In this document: one piece after another, positions 36,287 to 48,461 of the stretch
Numbering within the stretch: position 1 is the stretch's first letter
Layout: every line of letters begins with the position of its first letter
From: Azolla caroliniana
Lineage: Eukaryota; Plantae; Polypodiophyta
Direction of reading: 5' to 3'
Length of the DNA stretch: 62,033 nt
NCBI GenBank assembly: GCA_043228905.1
Contig: JBHGNT010000168.1
Coordinates: 1-62,033 of the forward strand
Program-made: the position numbers and the translations under genes
The notes under the pieces: model-generated
The model's database searches: none
Told to the model about the DNA's origin: nothing
What the model saw: the letters and a program-made list of their open reading frames with translations, nothing else

Positions 36287-37180
36287 TCATAATATATTAG
36301 CTGTTGTCAACAGGACTTGGATTTCTTCATTGTCGATATTGCTCATGTGTCCTGATGTTATTTGAGCATAGAAGTTTTGCAGAGCCATGTTAAAATGAGT
36401 AAAAATATTGTATATCTTGTTGATAAAGTCTAGATTCATAAGAGTTGGTGTGTCCTCTGTTGGCACATAAATTTGCTCTTCTTTTGCTACCAAGAGAAGA
36501 TTGTTAGTTGAATTCATTAAAGACTTTAATATTGTAAGATTTTCTACTGTAAGTTCATTCTTCAAAGGGGGCGATGAATTCTGTGAAGACAACAAAGAAA
36601 ATTATTCTCTCAGAATCCTTTTTTTGTTTCATGATATGTCCTGTGAAGCCATCTGAGTTTTAACTTCTTGTATATAAGTCCTGAATATCCAGGCTATGGA
36701 TTTTAAAGTACAGACCTTCCTTTCCTTAACAAAATAATCCAACTCTTGAAACAATAATTTGTGATAGCTCAAAAAGGTAAGTGTTTCCTTACTAGTGTTA
36801 GTGGATGGTTCATCATTTGGGATGATATCATCAAAATATGGCCCACATTGCTTCAACAATTTGCACACATTCTAGTTACCCTCCAAATGGGATTGATGAA
36901 ACAGTCTATACTTCAGTATATCTTCAATAACACCCGATATTTTCTGTTTCTCATCATCAACACCTGAAAACCTAAATTTTCCTAGCAAGCTAAGAAGACT
37001 TTCAAGCATTTTATCTACAACAGACTGAAAGACTTTGCGAGGATTAGGAGATGATCTCAAAAAAGAAACAAAACGTTGTAAAATAAGAATACTTAGATCA
37101 AAAAGTATATTCCCATTGTTTTTGATATATGTTGACGAGCAAAATACAGAAGCAATCCTTAAACATGAACTTGATTTCAC
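36287..37180 (-). pseudogene. Probable captured host gene fragment, URB2/Npa2-like
   Basis: NPRKVFQSVVDKMLESLL..IEDILKYRLFHQSHLEG, SYHKLLFQEL, NLL..EEQIYVPTEDT..LDFINKIY resemble plant URB2 from recall; broken by stops. Confidence 0.5.
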
Positions 37181-37309
37181 ACTGGTATAACTATTTCAGA
37201 TTCATGAACTGGATTTTTGACATTGGCAATTGAAACAGTATTTTGGTATCCAAATAGTTCAATTTCAGACATCACTAACAACTAAAGTTCAAGTACAATC
37301 GAAAGACAA

Positions 37310-40300
37310 TCAGGCACTAGAGGGTAACTTGGCCGATCTTGTAATGCGCTTGTTGTTGGTGCCAGATTTTTCTGATTTTACATTCTTCTTTATCTTAAAG
37401 CCTTTAGGTATGAGCTGACTAAGTGGCACTTCATCATCAGAGGCATCAGAGACAGGCGTGGATGCGTGGGCACCTTGTACTGGTGGCAAGCTTGAGAGAG
37501 TAACTATGTTTTCTGCAACTGCAATGCTTGTACACAAATCCACAAAGGTGCTGTCAATAGACAAATTATCACTCATCTCCTGAATGCTTGTACTCCTAGC
37601 GATCTTTATTGCCCTATCATCATCACTGATGCCTATACACTCATTCTTATTAGACTCCTGTATGTGGACCGTGGCAGTAGTCATGGTCAACTCCTCTTGT
37701 ACGGTGGATGTCACCTCATTCTTAAGACAATGTGTACCTACTTGGGTGGTCGTTATTGCCTGGTCCTCTTGGGTGATGCTAGTATGCTCGCTCTGAGTAC
37801 AATCAGGCCCCCCTTTATTAGTAACATTGTTTGCTCTACACTCCTCATGGGATTCTGCACAATCAGGCTTATCTTCAGGGAAAGCGATGTTCTTTCCACG
37901 ATCCTCATGGGCTTCACAAGACACTACTAGCACATTCTCAGTACAATCAAGCTCCTCTTCATTACTAGTAATGTTCTTTCCATGATCCTCATGGGAATCT
38001 TTAGACAGTACTAGCACATTATCAGTAGACACTACTAACACATTATCAGTACAATCAGTCTTCTCTTCAACACTTGCCACATTATCAGTACAATCAGTCT
38101 TCTCTTCAGTACTTGCCATATTCTTTCCACACTCTTCATGGGCTTCAATCTTCTCTTCAGTACTTGCCATATTCTTTCCACACTCTTCATGGGCTTCAAT
38201 CTTCTCTTCAGTACTTGCCATATTCTTTCCACACTCCTCATAGGCTTCTTTAGACATACTGTTGTTTGTACATGCCAACTGCTCTTCACATATGAATGCT
38301 TCGTTTTTCTCACAATCCTCATGTGTGGAAGATGTGCTTCCAGAGTCTGCCTCCGTGCAAAGGTTAATTTGATTCTGACTCTGACCAGAATCTGACTCTG
38401 CGCTTGTGCTCCATGAAGTTCCCGATTCATTTGATTGCAGTTGGGAATCAGACTGCTCTTGTAAACCTAATTAATGGGATTCCAAAGAATATTAGTATCA
38501 ACTCACATACTCAAAAGTTTTCAAACAATGAACATAGGGTTTAGGGCCACATTTTTACCTAATGTTACATCGTCATACTGTACAGCCGTAGATACCCCAT
38601 TGCAAATGGTGGGCTCGGTCATCTTCTCCACAACATCTAGGTGCTCAACAGTGTTGTTATGATCTATAATAGCAACAAAAATAGGGTTGTTATGAGCTAA
38701 ATCATTGTTTTCAAAGTCTGGCTTTAGACGTGTACCTGGGAATGTGATAAATTCGTCTTCACGATCAGGTTTTGGACTCGTATCTCCGTCACCAAATATC
38801 ATTTCGTCATTAGCTAGTAACACAAGTACATGGTATTAGACAATGGATTAGGTTGACAATGCTCCGGACAGGTGAGAACTTATATGACTCACCATTGCAT
38901 TCAACTTTGCCTTTCTTGCCGTTTCCATACAACATTCTTGCAGCATTTCTCTTCTTACTGGGCTCTATTTGTAAAGAAACTGCATTTCTCTTCTTAGTGG
39001 GCTCTATTTCTTGATGTTGACCGGAGCTTGGGGAATTTGTTTGTAGAAGCATATGTTCCACTGCTCCAATGGCCCTTCTCATACATTCATCCTCATCATA
39101 AAAATCATAGGTTATTGGTAATGATGGTCCCTGAACCTTGGAATGTGCAGCAGATATTGAGGGTTTAGGCACAGGGGCTGGTTGTTCCATTACCTTCCCT
39201 GGCGTGGAGTTGCTTGACACTACAACATTCATTGCAAGAAACAAAAAAACCTTGAATGTTAGTACCATCATCTAAAATATATAATGTAGGTCACAAGAGC
39301 TGCTTCCCATATTACACAATGTACCAATCATGAAACATGTACTACTCACATAGTTCCTAGATTACTAAACTAGTACTGATAAGGAACACTGTACTGCTTA
39401 CTTAGTTCCCAATTTACACAAGTAGTACTAATCATGCACAATATACTACTCACTTAGTTACCAAATTACACAAGGAGTAGTACTAATCTTGAACAATGTA
39501 CTACTCACTTGTTTCCTGAATTACTGAACTAGTACTAATAAGGAACAATGTACTGCTCACTTAGTTCCCAATATACATGATTAGTACTAATCATGCACAA
39601 TATACTACTCACTTAGTTACCAAATTACACAAGTACTAATCCCGAAAAATGTACCACTGACTTAGTCAAATTAATAAGTAGTACTAATCTTGAACAATGT
39701 ACTACTCACTTATTTCCTAAATCATCCAAATAGTACTAATCCCGAACAATGTACTGCTCACTTAGTTCCCAATTTACACAAGTAGTACTAATCATGCACA
39801 ATATACTACTCACTTAGTTACCAAATTACACAAGGAGTACTAATCCCGAACAATGTACTGCTCACTTAGTTCCCAATTTACACAAGTAGTACTAATCATG
39901 CACAATATACTACTCACTTAGTTACCAAATTACACAAGGAGTACTAATCCCGAACAATGTACTGCTCACTTAGTTCCCAATTTACACAAGTAGTACTAAT
40001 CATGCACAATATACTACTCACTTAGTTACCAAATTACACAAGGAGTACTAATCCCGAACAATGTACCACTGACTTAGTCAAATTACACAATTAGTACTAA
40101 TCCTGAACAATGTACTACTCAACAATGTACCACTGACTTAGTCAAATTACACAATTAGTACTAATCCTACAAAATGTACTACTCACTTATTTTCTAGATT
40201 ACTGATCTAGTACTGATAAGGTACAAAACTAGTACTAATAAGGAACAAAGTACTACTCAGTTCCCAAATTACAAAACTAGTATTAATCATGAGCAATGTA

Positions 40301-42950
40301 CTAGTAACTTAGTTCACAAAGTACAGAACTAGTACTAATCATGAACCATGTAGTACTTACTAAGTACTAATCCAACAAATGTAGATTGGTATTTTGCACC
40401 CAAGTAATACTAAACGTGATATGTGTTCTACACACCTAGTTACATAACTTGTACTAATTACACCAACAATATTAATCTTGAACAGTATTAGTACTAAACG
40501 TGATATGTGTTTGACACACCTCATTTCCAAATTACAATAATTGTACTATTATTCAGCAATTTACTATGTACCTTGTTCCCAAATTACATTACTAGTACTA
40601 ATTCCCAAGTTACACAAACAATACTAACAGTCAACAGTGTACTATAAGTATAGTGTTTACTAAACTAATACTAGGCAAGTTGCAATATAGATTGGACGAT
40701 GTTGTACCTGGTTCCCTTTTAGTACTACTAATTCTGGAAAATATCCCTTCAACTACACATACCAACTATATATTAAGAGTACTGCCAATACTAACCCACA
40801 TAATTAGGGTTCCACATAATAGTTGTTAGAGATTACACTAAATTTGAAGTATGAATTGTGGCATACACTAGTTCTAGTCCAAATGTTAATTGACATCATA
40901 TAATACAAACAATAGAATAGTAGAGCCACATACCGTACGGGTGTACTTTTAAACCCCAAGCATAGCACCACTCAGCCGCAATTGTAGTTTTACAGTCCAT
41001 GCATGTATTCTCTTTCTCAAAATGATACTTAGCACATATCACATGATATGTGTGGAAGCATGGTGTAATCACAACATCCATAGCCTCCAGCTTGAATCCG
41101 AGGCCACAAAATATACACCTGGAAGATTGCAAACACAAGTTATAATATATTAGCTACTCACTTATTTATACCAGAGAAGTAGAAATAAATAACTTTTAAA
41201 GCCAATACCGTGATATGGCTATACTAGTAATGGTACTTTCTATACCACTTGGGTGCTCAATTACAGATGAACACAAAGTATCAAAACCATTTTGTTTTAA
41301 ATCTTGCATCAAGCATGCAAGGTTCTCAGAATGCAACTTTAAGGCTGACAACTTATTATCTATTTCTTCATGTGCATTCCTGCAAGTATCAAGGTTTCTC
41401 ATCTGTGAACCTAATTGAGTGCCCATATTGTTCAGCTCTTTCTTCAACTCCTCTTTCAACACCTCACTTTCTGAATTTTGGATTGTCGGTGCAATCCATT
41501 CATATGTAGTTTTTATTGAAGGAAATTTCTTTTCTGCCTATATCTCAGCTGATTTAACTGCTTCCAAATAAGCAAGTAGTGCTTGTATTCTTGAGCTCAT
41601 AGAAGCTATGCAATCGGCCATCATGTGTTCATGCTTTTCAGTCATTGTGGCCCGTACCTTTGCCTCTAGAACTTGGTGGACAGGTGTTGTAGCTGGAATA
41701 TCCACATGAGAGGTTCCAGATGACTTCAAGCCAGTGTTGGTATTGGAGGACCCTTTGTAATGTTCTGACCGGTGCCGATTAAAATCTTCCCAATTTACGT
41801 CAATGGCACCTTGAACTTCACATGCAAAAGCACGTGCAAAAACAGTACCCACCTCATTGTTAGTGATTTGATTTGTATCATAAACATGTTCATATCTCGT
41901 CTTCAATAAATTCATGTATTCCCTCTTCAAACCACTTATGTGGAATCCTCGCCTTGTGTCGGGATGTGCTGACCCCCAGGTTTTTAACAACCACTCTCTC
42001 AGCTTTGGATAAACGTCAGGTCGTGCTCGAAGGAAATAATTCCATCCAAGAGGTGTGTCTCGACTGATGGAGTGGTACATCTTCTTTCTCTGTGTTGATG
42101 AATTCATCACCCTTTCTCTTGTGGGCGTCTTCTTCCTTTCTCTCATGGGTGTCCTTCTTCCTTCCTTCACTGGTGTCTTCACTTTCTCTTTCATCAATGG
42201 CTTCTTTATGGGTGTCCTTCTCGTCATTGTCCTAGTCAACACAATTCTCAAGGAATGAATATGCATGTACTAGAAGAAAACTCAAGCAATTACCATTAAC
42301 ACATAGCAAATCATCACATTGCATGTACAAACCATGTCAAACACACAATAACCCTAAATAGTCGGAAAAAAACTCATCCATGTCAAACACACAGACAATA
42401 AAAACAGATGGATAGGAAAGTCAAAGAAAACGAAAACATTGTAAATCATCATAGCCAACTCCATCACATCGCATGTACAAGCCATGTCAAACACACAAAA
42501 ACCCAAAATAGTCGGAAAAAAACTCATCCATGTCAAACTCACACAAAATAAAACAGATGGACAGGAAACAAGAACAAAACGAAAACATAGCAACTCATCA
42601 TAGCCAACTCCATTTACGTTGCATGTACAAACATGTCTAACACACAACCACCTCGATCAAAATGTTGTCATACATTTTTAAAAGAAACACAGAGAAACAC
42701 AGAGAAAACAAAAACATACCAGTTGGGCATGCAACACATAGACTATGAATAATCAAAACCTAAAAATGGCCATACACATGCAAATAGAAAACAGACAGAC
42801 AAGAAACATTTAGAAAAAGAAAACATACCAGTTGGGCATGCAACACAGAGAATACCTGGAGGTCGTACAACTTGCAGAGGTACCACACCGTGTTGATTTC
42901 GACACCTTGGGAGCACATCAAGCCTTCAAAATCACCTATATGCAAGAGGT
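37310..42950 (-). pseudogene. Second Sola2 gene: multi-exon; unknown domain + coiled coil + RING-H2 finger + low-complexity repeats
   Basis: RING-H2 CIFC..PCFHTYHVIC..CMDC in exon 41118-40934; phase-compatible introns 41208-41119 and 40933-39220; gene ends approximate. Confidence 0.65.
39330..40380. repeat. Intronic AGTACT-rich tandem repeat (~51-54-bp subunits, ~105-bp dimer)
   Basis: gtactaatcccgaacaatgtactgctcacttagttcccaatttacacaagta / gtactaatcatgcacaatatactactcacttagttaccaaattacacaagga. Confidence 0.85.
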
Positions 42951-43289
42951 TGTTGACGAGGCTGCTGCAGAGGAGACAAACGAGCATACACAGAGGAGAC
43001 AAACGAGCATACACAAGGAAGGAAAATCAACAACACATACAACGAGCAGGGGAAACAAAAATCTCTGCGTATACAGAGTTCAGAGATCGAACCTGGCATA
43101 GAGGGGAACACAAGAACAGCTACGTGGGGAAAAAGAGAATCGAAGGTGGAGTGAGAGAGAGAAACAGAAAGAAAGAAAGAAATAGAGCTTCGAAGGTGGA
43201 GTGAGAGAGAGAAAGAGAGAGATAGACCTGTAATAGATATGTCGTCTTTCTTTAACTTTTTGCCATTGTCTGTCTGACAACTTCGAGAT

Positions 43290-43292
<3 letters not shown>

Positions 43293-43333
<41 letters not shown>

Positions 43334-43403
43334 GAGAGAGAGAGACATACCAACTAACACGTTCGACTACCCATACTAGAGAGAGAGAGAGAGAGAGAGA
43401 GAG
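43293..43403. repeat. (GA)n microsatellites
   Basis: Two GA runs seen directly. Confidence 0.9.
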
Positions 43404-43684
43404 ATACTAAGACTGACCAATTGTCACAATGGATACCTTCTCCAGGTGTGCTTTCGTACAACTCTACCTAGGAGACTGGGGCAACAATTAATGTATTAAA
43501 TATGGCCTAGGGACATTTCGAGTGTAACGTATAATATCTTTGTGCATTCAACTGTGACGTAATGAATTTGTTTTTTGTTTTTTGTTTTTTGAAATTTATT
43601 TACAATTTTTAATGTTTATTTTCTTCTTCGATTTAGTACCAAATTTTTGGCGAAAAGTTGGTACACCGTAGCATGCTTCGACCC

Positions 43685-45642
43685 GTCAACAAACAATTGA
43701 AGTCCAACTAGCTGACAACTTCCCTGCCAACACTGAATCGGCAACAAGTTCCATCGTTGAACTCAAAGACAAAGTCATCAAAGACAGAGCTGAATCGATT
43801 AGAGTCGACAAAGGCAGAGTCACTAAGAGGCAAGTCAGAACCGAGTCGACAACTATAGGGGAGAACACCCAAACACCGCCGAAATCCCAATCCGGGGGTG
43901 GGACACCTAACGAGACTCCTGATATAGATGGCTCAACAAATACCAATTGTCCAATAGAACCGATCGAAGGATCCGAACCCAGCATCACGGCACTCAGGAG
44001 ATCTGGATGAGCTTGAAGGCAAATAGAGTTCTATCAATCGGGCCTCGACTATGTCAACTACACGGATGCAGGCAAACCGAGCACGTATGACGAAGCTATG
44101 GCCGCACCGGATGCCGAAACATGGCTACATACCATGAATTCCGAAATGGACTCGATTCACTAGAATAAGACATGGGAGCTGGTAAAACTACTAGTAGGAA
44201 GAAAGCCGCTACCTTGCAAATGGGTATTCCGATACAAGTATGTATCCGATTTAGAGAAACCCAAGTACAAAGCTCGGCTTGTCGCAAAGGGATTCAAACA
44301 GGAATATGGGGTCGACTACGACAAGATATTCTCACCAGTAGTCAAGATGACCACCCTCCGACTCCTACTAGGAATCATGGCGACAAAAGACCTAGAGCTC
44401 GAGCAGATGGACATAAAGACGGCATTCCTACACGGATATCTGGAAGAAGACATATACATGTTTTAACCAGCAGGCTTCACGGCGACAGGGGAGGACAATC
44501 ACCTCGTATGTCGACTAAAGAAAAGTGTATATGGCCTCAAACAAGTGTTGAGAATGTGGTACCAGAAGTTTGACTCCTACATACGGCAGCTTGGATACAT
44601 CAGATCAGACTCTGACCCATGCATGTATGTTCGGCAACTGGTCGACGAGTCCAGGATCTATCTGATCCTATATGTCGATGACATGCTGATTGTAGGGAGC
44701 AATCAAACAGAGATCAGTATGTTGAAGCGGAGCATTCACGCAAAATTTGCGATGAAGGAACTGGGACAAGCTCGACACATACTAGGCATGAGGATAGAGC
44801 GAAATCGAATGACAAAGATTGTCCAACTCTTCCAGTCCGACTACATCCGCAAAGTGCTGAAGCGCTTCAACATGGAGAATGTGAAGCCAACACCAACAAG
44901 GCTTCCGACGTTGATTAGACTATCAGACAGGGACTCTCCTTCGACGGACAAGGAGAGAGAGATTAATGGGAAGATACCCTATGCATCGGCAGTAGGAAGT
45001 ATCATGTATGCAATGGTGGCAACCCGATCCGACCTAGCCTATGACATAGCGGTGGTCAGCCAGTACATGTCAAACCCAAGAAGGAAGTATTGGGATGCCG
45101 TCAAGCACATCCTTAGGTATCTGAAAGGAACCACAGATGTACAACTAACTTTCGGACTGACAACCTCAGCCGAAGTCGAAGGCTACACCGATTCCGACTA
45201 TGCTAGAAATACAGATAATCGGAAATCGATATCAGGCTACATATTCACCTATGGTGGCGGTGCAATATCATGGAGGTCAAAACTTCAAGTGTGCACGACT
45301 CTGTCTACCACAGAAGCTGAGTACATAGCAGCATCATAAGCAGCGAAGGAAGAGATCTGGCTACATTGGTTGTCTGCCAACTTCGGAACTGCAAGCCGAA
45401 TAGAGCGACCAACGTTGACCATCTATTGCGATTCACATATCGCAATACACCTCATCAACAATCCCGTCTACCACGTGAAGACGAAGCACATTGAGGTGCG
45501 GTATCATCATATCTGGGAGCTCGTGACCGAGAAGAAACTCAAAGTCCGGAAGATCGACACTGAGGTGAACATCGTCAATTGCCTGAGGAAGCCACTCCTA
45601 GATCAATGCTTCGGAACAGTAAGGACGAAGATGGGACTATGA
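43685..45642 (+). pseudogene. Copia family C segment 3: linker, RT, RNase H
   Basis: [48 protein letters not shown]. Confidence 0.9.
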
Positions 45643-45690
45643 CAAGCGACCGAGCAGAAGAAAGCCGAACAAGGAGCAACCGGTAAGAGT

Positions 45691-46122
45691 TGATTGACAC
45701 TCATACTATACCTTTGCTGACTTGGCTTCATGCCAACAGACTTGTAGCATAAAACTTAGTTTAGTTTTGTAATCTAGGTTTACGGGGGACATAACCCCAA
45801 GCATTTGTATATGTACAAAAGAGTAGTCCTTTTACGGGGGAGTTCGTTGGCATAAAAGGCCGACTCCTTCCAAATTGTATCCGTCTGAGTGTGAACTCAT
45901 CAATAAGTTAGGGCTTAGTATATAAGCGAATACCTAACATTGTATAGAGTGATAAGAGGAAGAGCAAAGAAGAACAGATTCTCTGTTCGGTGTATTGTAT
46001 CTTAGAGAGAGAGAGTGAGAACAAAGAAGAAGATTTCGATTAAAGCTCACTGTGTAAGTCTCTGCCCATCTGATTTTCTGTCTGCGTTGTTTGCTATTCA
46101 TAATCGACAACAGATCCTTACA
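45691..46122 (+). repeat. Possible LTR (3' LTR of family C or an unrelated solo LTR)
   Basis: Follows the RNase H; TATATAA at ~45920; TG/CA candidates, but no partner LTR or TSD in the window. Confidence 0.35.
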
Positions 46123-46149
46123 CATTTCTGCAAAATGCACTCGTTACCG

Positions 46150-46497
46150 ATAGGGAGTGCCAATGGCTATCGTGGCAGCTATGTTTGGGGTGGGTACAAC
46201 ACGACTGTGTATTCTGCAAGTACGGGTAAAAATCGTTTCCCCGATTGAAAAGAGGCGATCACCGCATGGACACCTTCCCCTGTTATGACTCCCCAATCAA
46301 TGGCTTTGCCATGGTAGGCCGTAATAATGAATCCCGCTTTCTTCTTCGGCATGCCGTAGGGGTTTGCGTGAATGCAGGCGTATTCGAGGAGGTAGGTCTG
46401 TTTGCCGTCTTTTCCGAACGGGACATTCCCGAGATGTTGTATTGGATGAGTCGTGTCATCGCCTGTTTCGACATATCCGGGATGTTCAGGCTTCCGT
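46150..46497 (-). pseudogene. Fragment of a retrotransposon accessory ORF homologous to 50940-51200
   Basis: CIHANPYGMPKKKAGFII..GKAIDWGVITG vs CVHVNAYGMPSQKAGIII..GHAVD*GVITG. Confidence 0.7.
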
Positions 46498-46502
46498 AAT
46501 TC

Positions 46503-46627
46503 CTAAAACCAATCTTCGTGAGACATCAAGTGATTTGACGCTCCCGAATCGACAAACCATACATTATTTGAGGCTAAGGCACTAGTTGAAGCCTGTGCTG
46601 ACATTGAGTGTGCTTCATGCTTATTAC
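46503..46627 (-). pseudogene. Short Copia family A-like protease fragment
   Basis: NNVWFVDSGASNHLMSHEDWF. Confidence 0.8.
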
Positions 46628-48461
46628 TGTTGAGAATCAAGCCCAGCATAGCACAATGTGTGAACACACCTTTTGAGAATCTATGATTACTCAAAGGTCA
46701 AGAGTCACACCACTACTCTCTACATATTAACTCATAGAATCATATTCTATGACACATAACTAATGAGTTACATATTCCCCATGACTATGAGTCTTCGCAT
46801 TCCCCAATAGAGAGTAGTTGTTGTAGTTAGTTAATGAAGAGAGAGGGTGACTATATATAAAGTACCCTTCTCCCACTTCATATTAAGTTGGTTGTGACTC
46901 CTTGTAATGCTACATTTTTGTATCTCTATTCTACTTGTGAAATATACTTCTTCTTCTTGAGTATTCTATTTTCCTCTATTTTATCTATCTTGAGTTCTCT
47001 TTTCTCTCCTCCCTTTTCTCTCACACATATACACAAGTAACGCACATCTATTCCGCTACACAAAAATCACCATTGATTCTTTTCATGGTATGAGAGTGAT
47101 TTGGTAGCTCGATCTAGCCCATTCGTCTCATCGTGATCGTGTGTTGTGCTCTACCCCGACGTTTAAGAAGAACCATTTCATCGCTATCGTAGTACCAATA
47201 CATAGCTCGTGTTCGAGAGGGAAGGAAAAGAAGAAAGGAAGCTTAATCGACAATGATTACTCAAATGGGGAGCGCTCTCCCTAGCGAGAAGTTGGATCGC
47301 AACAACTTTGCATGTTGGGAGTACAAGATGCACCAATACCTTGTCAGCCAAGGCTATTAGAGCTACATCAAAGGAGCACAAGAACACCGACCCAAACCAA
47401 AAGATGCCAACCTCGCAACATTGGACATAGAGCGTATTCTATGTCGGCCTCTACTTCTACTAGTGCCTCCGGTCCGGAAGACGCATGGTTCGTCGATTCC
47501 GGTGCCTCAAACCATATCACATCACATCAAGAATGGTTCTGAGAACTTCGGGAACCGGACTGACCCGGCTATGTCGAAACCGAACACGACAATACGCACC
47601 CGATTCGGCACACCAGCAATGTTCTGTTTGGAAAAGAAGGTAAGCAAACTTACATAAAAAATGTCTTGCATGTGCCAACTATCACGAAGAATTTGGTCTC
47701 TGTTGGCCAAATTGTAGAGCAAGGAATGCAAGTTCAATTCAATCAAGGTGGTTGCTTCTTCGAAAAAGAGGGCCGACTCATCGCACGTGGACGAAGAGAG
47801 GGCCGAATGTTCATTCTCGACTCACATGAGATGAAATCGGCCATGTTCGCAAAAGGCACGAAAGCCGATTCCGACATAGATTTATGGCACAAGAGGATTG
47901 CCCATATCAACCTCCAAAAGCTCAAGGCAATGCAATTGAAAGGAGTCATCATTGGGCTCCTGACATTCAAGCAGAAGGAGATTGAAGGCATGTGTGTCGC
48001 TTACCAATTGAGCAAGCAACATCGGCACCCATTTCCAAAGGAGTGGAACATGAGCAAAGGTGTACTCGACGTAATTCATTCCGATGTATGGGGCCTGGCT
48101 CAAACAACGACATTCGGTGGATGCCGATACTAAGTAACCTTCATCGACGACTTCTCGAGGCACACATGGATCTACCCAATGCGGCAAAAGAGCGAAGTGT
48201 TCGGACACTTCCAAAAATTCAAGAGTGGAGTCGAAAAAGCTACGAGTTGACACATTCGGTGCGTTCGATCGGATGGAGGCAACGAATATTTCTCGGATGA
48301 GTTTATGGCGTATCTTCGAAAAGAAGGGATTTGGCGAGAATTTTCGTGTGGACATACGCCACAACAGAACAAACTAGCCGAACACAAGAATCGGCACATC
48401 CTTGAAGTGGCACGGGCTATGCTTAATAGAAAGCACATGCCGAAATTGTATTGGGCGGAAG
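46628..48461 (+). mobile_element. Copia family A copy: 5' LTR 46628-47085, PBS, gag with internal deletion (~47420), protease and integrase; interrupted at 48461
   Basis: LTR homologous to 15077-15541; TGGTATGAGAG at 47086; homologous to 1340-3310. Confidence 0.9.

Larger units (their letters stand above)
31205..43684. mobile_element. Sola2-like TIR DNA transposon, 12.5 kb
   Basis: 26-bp TIRs GGGTCGAAGCA(C/T)GCTACGGTGTACCA (31205-31230, 43659-43684); 4-bp TSD GTCA; GRG termini. Confidence 0.92.
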
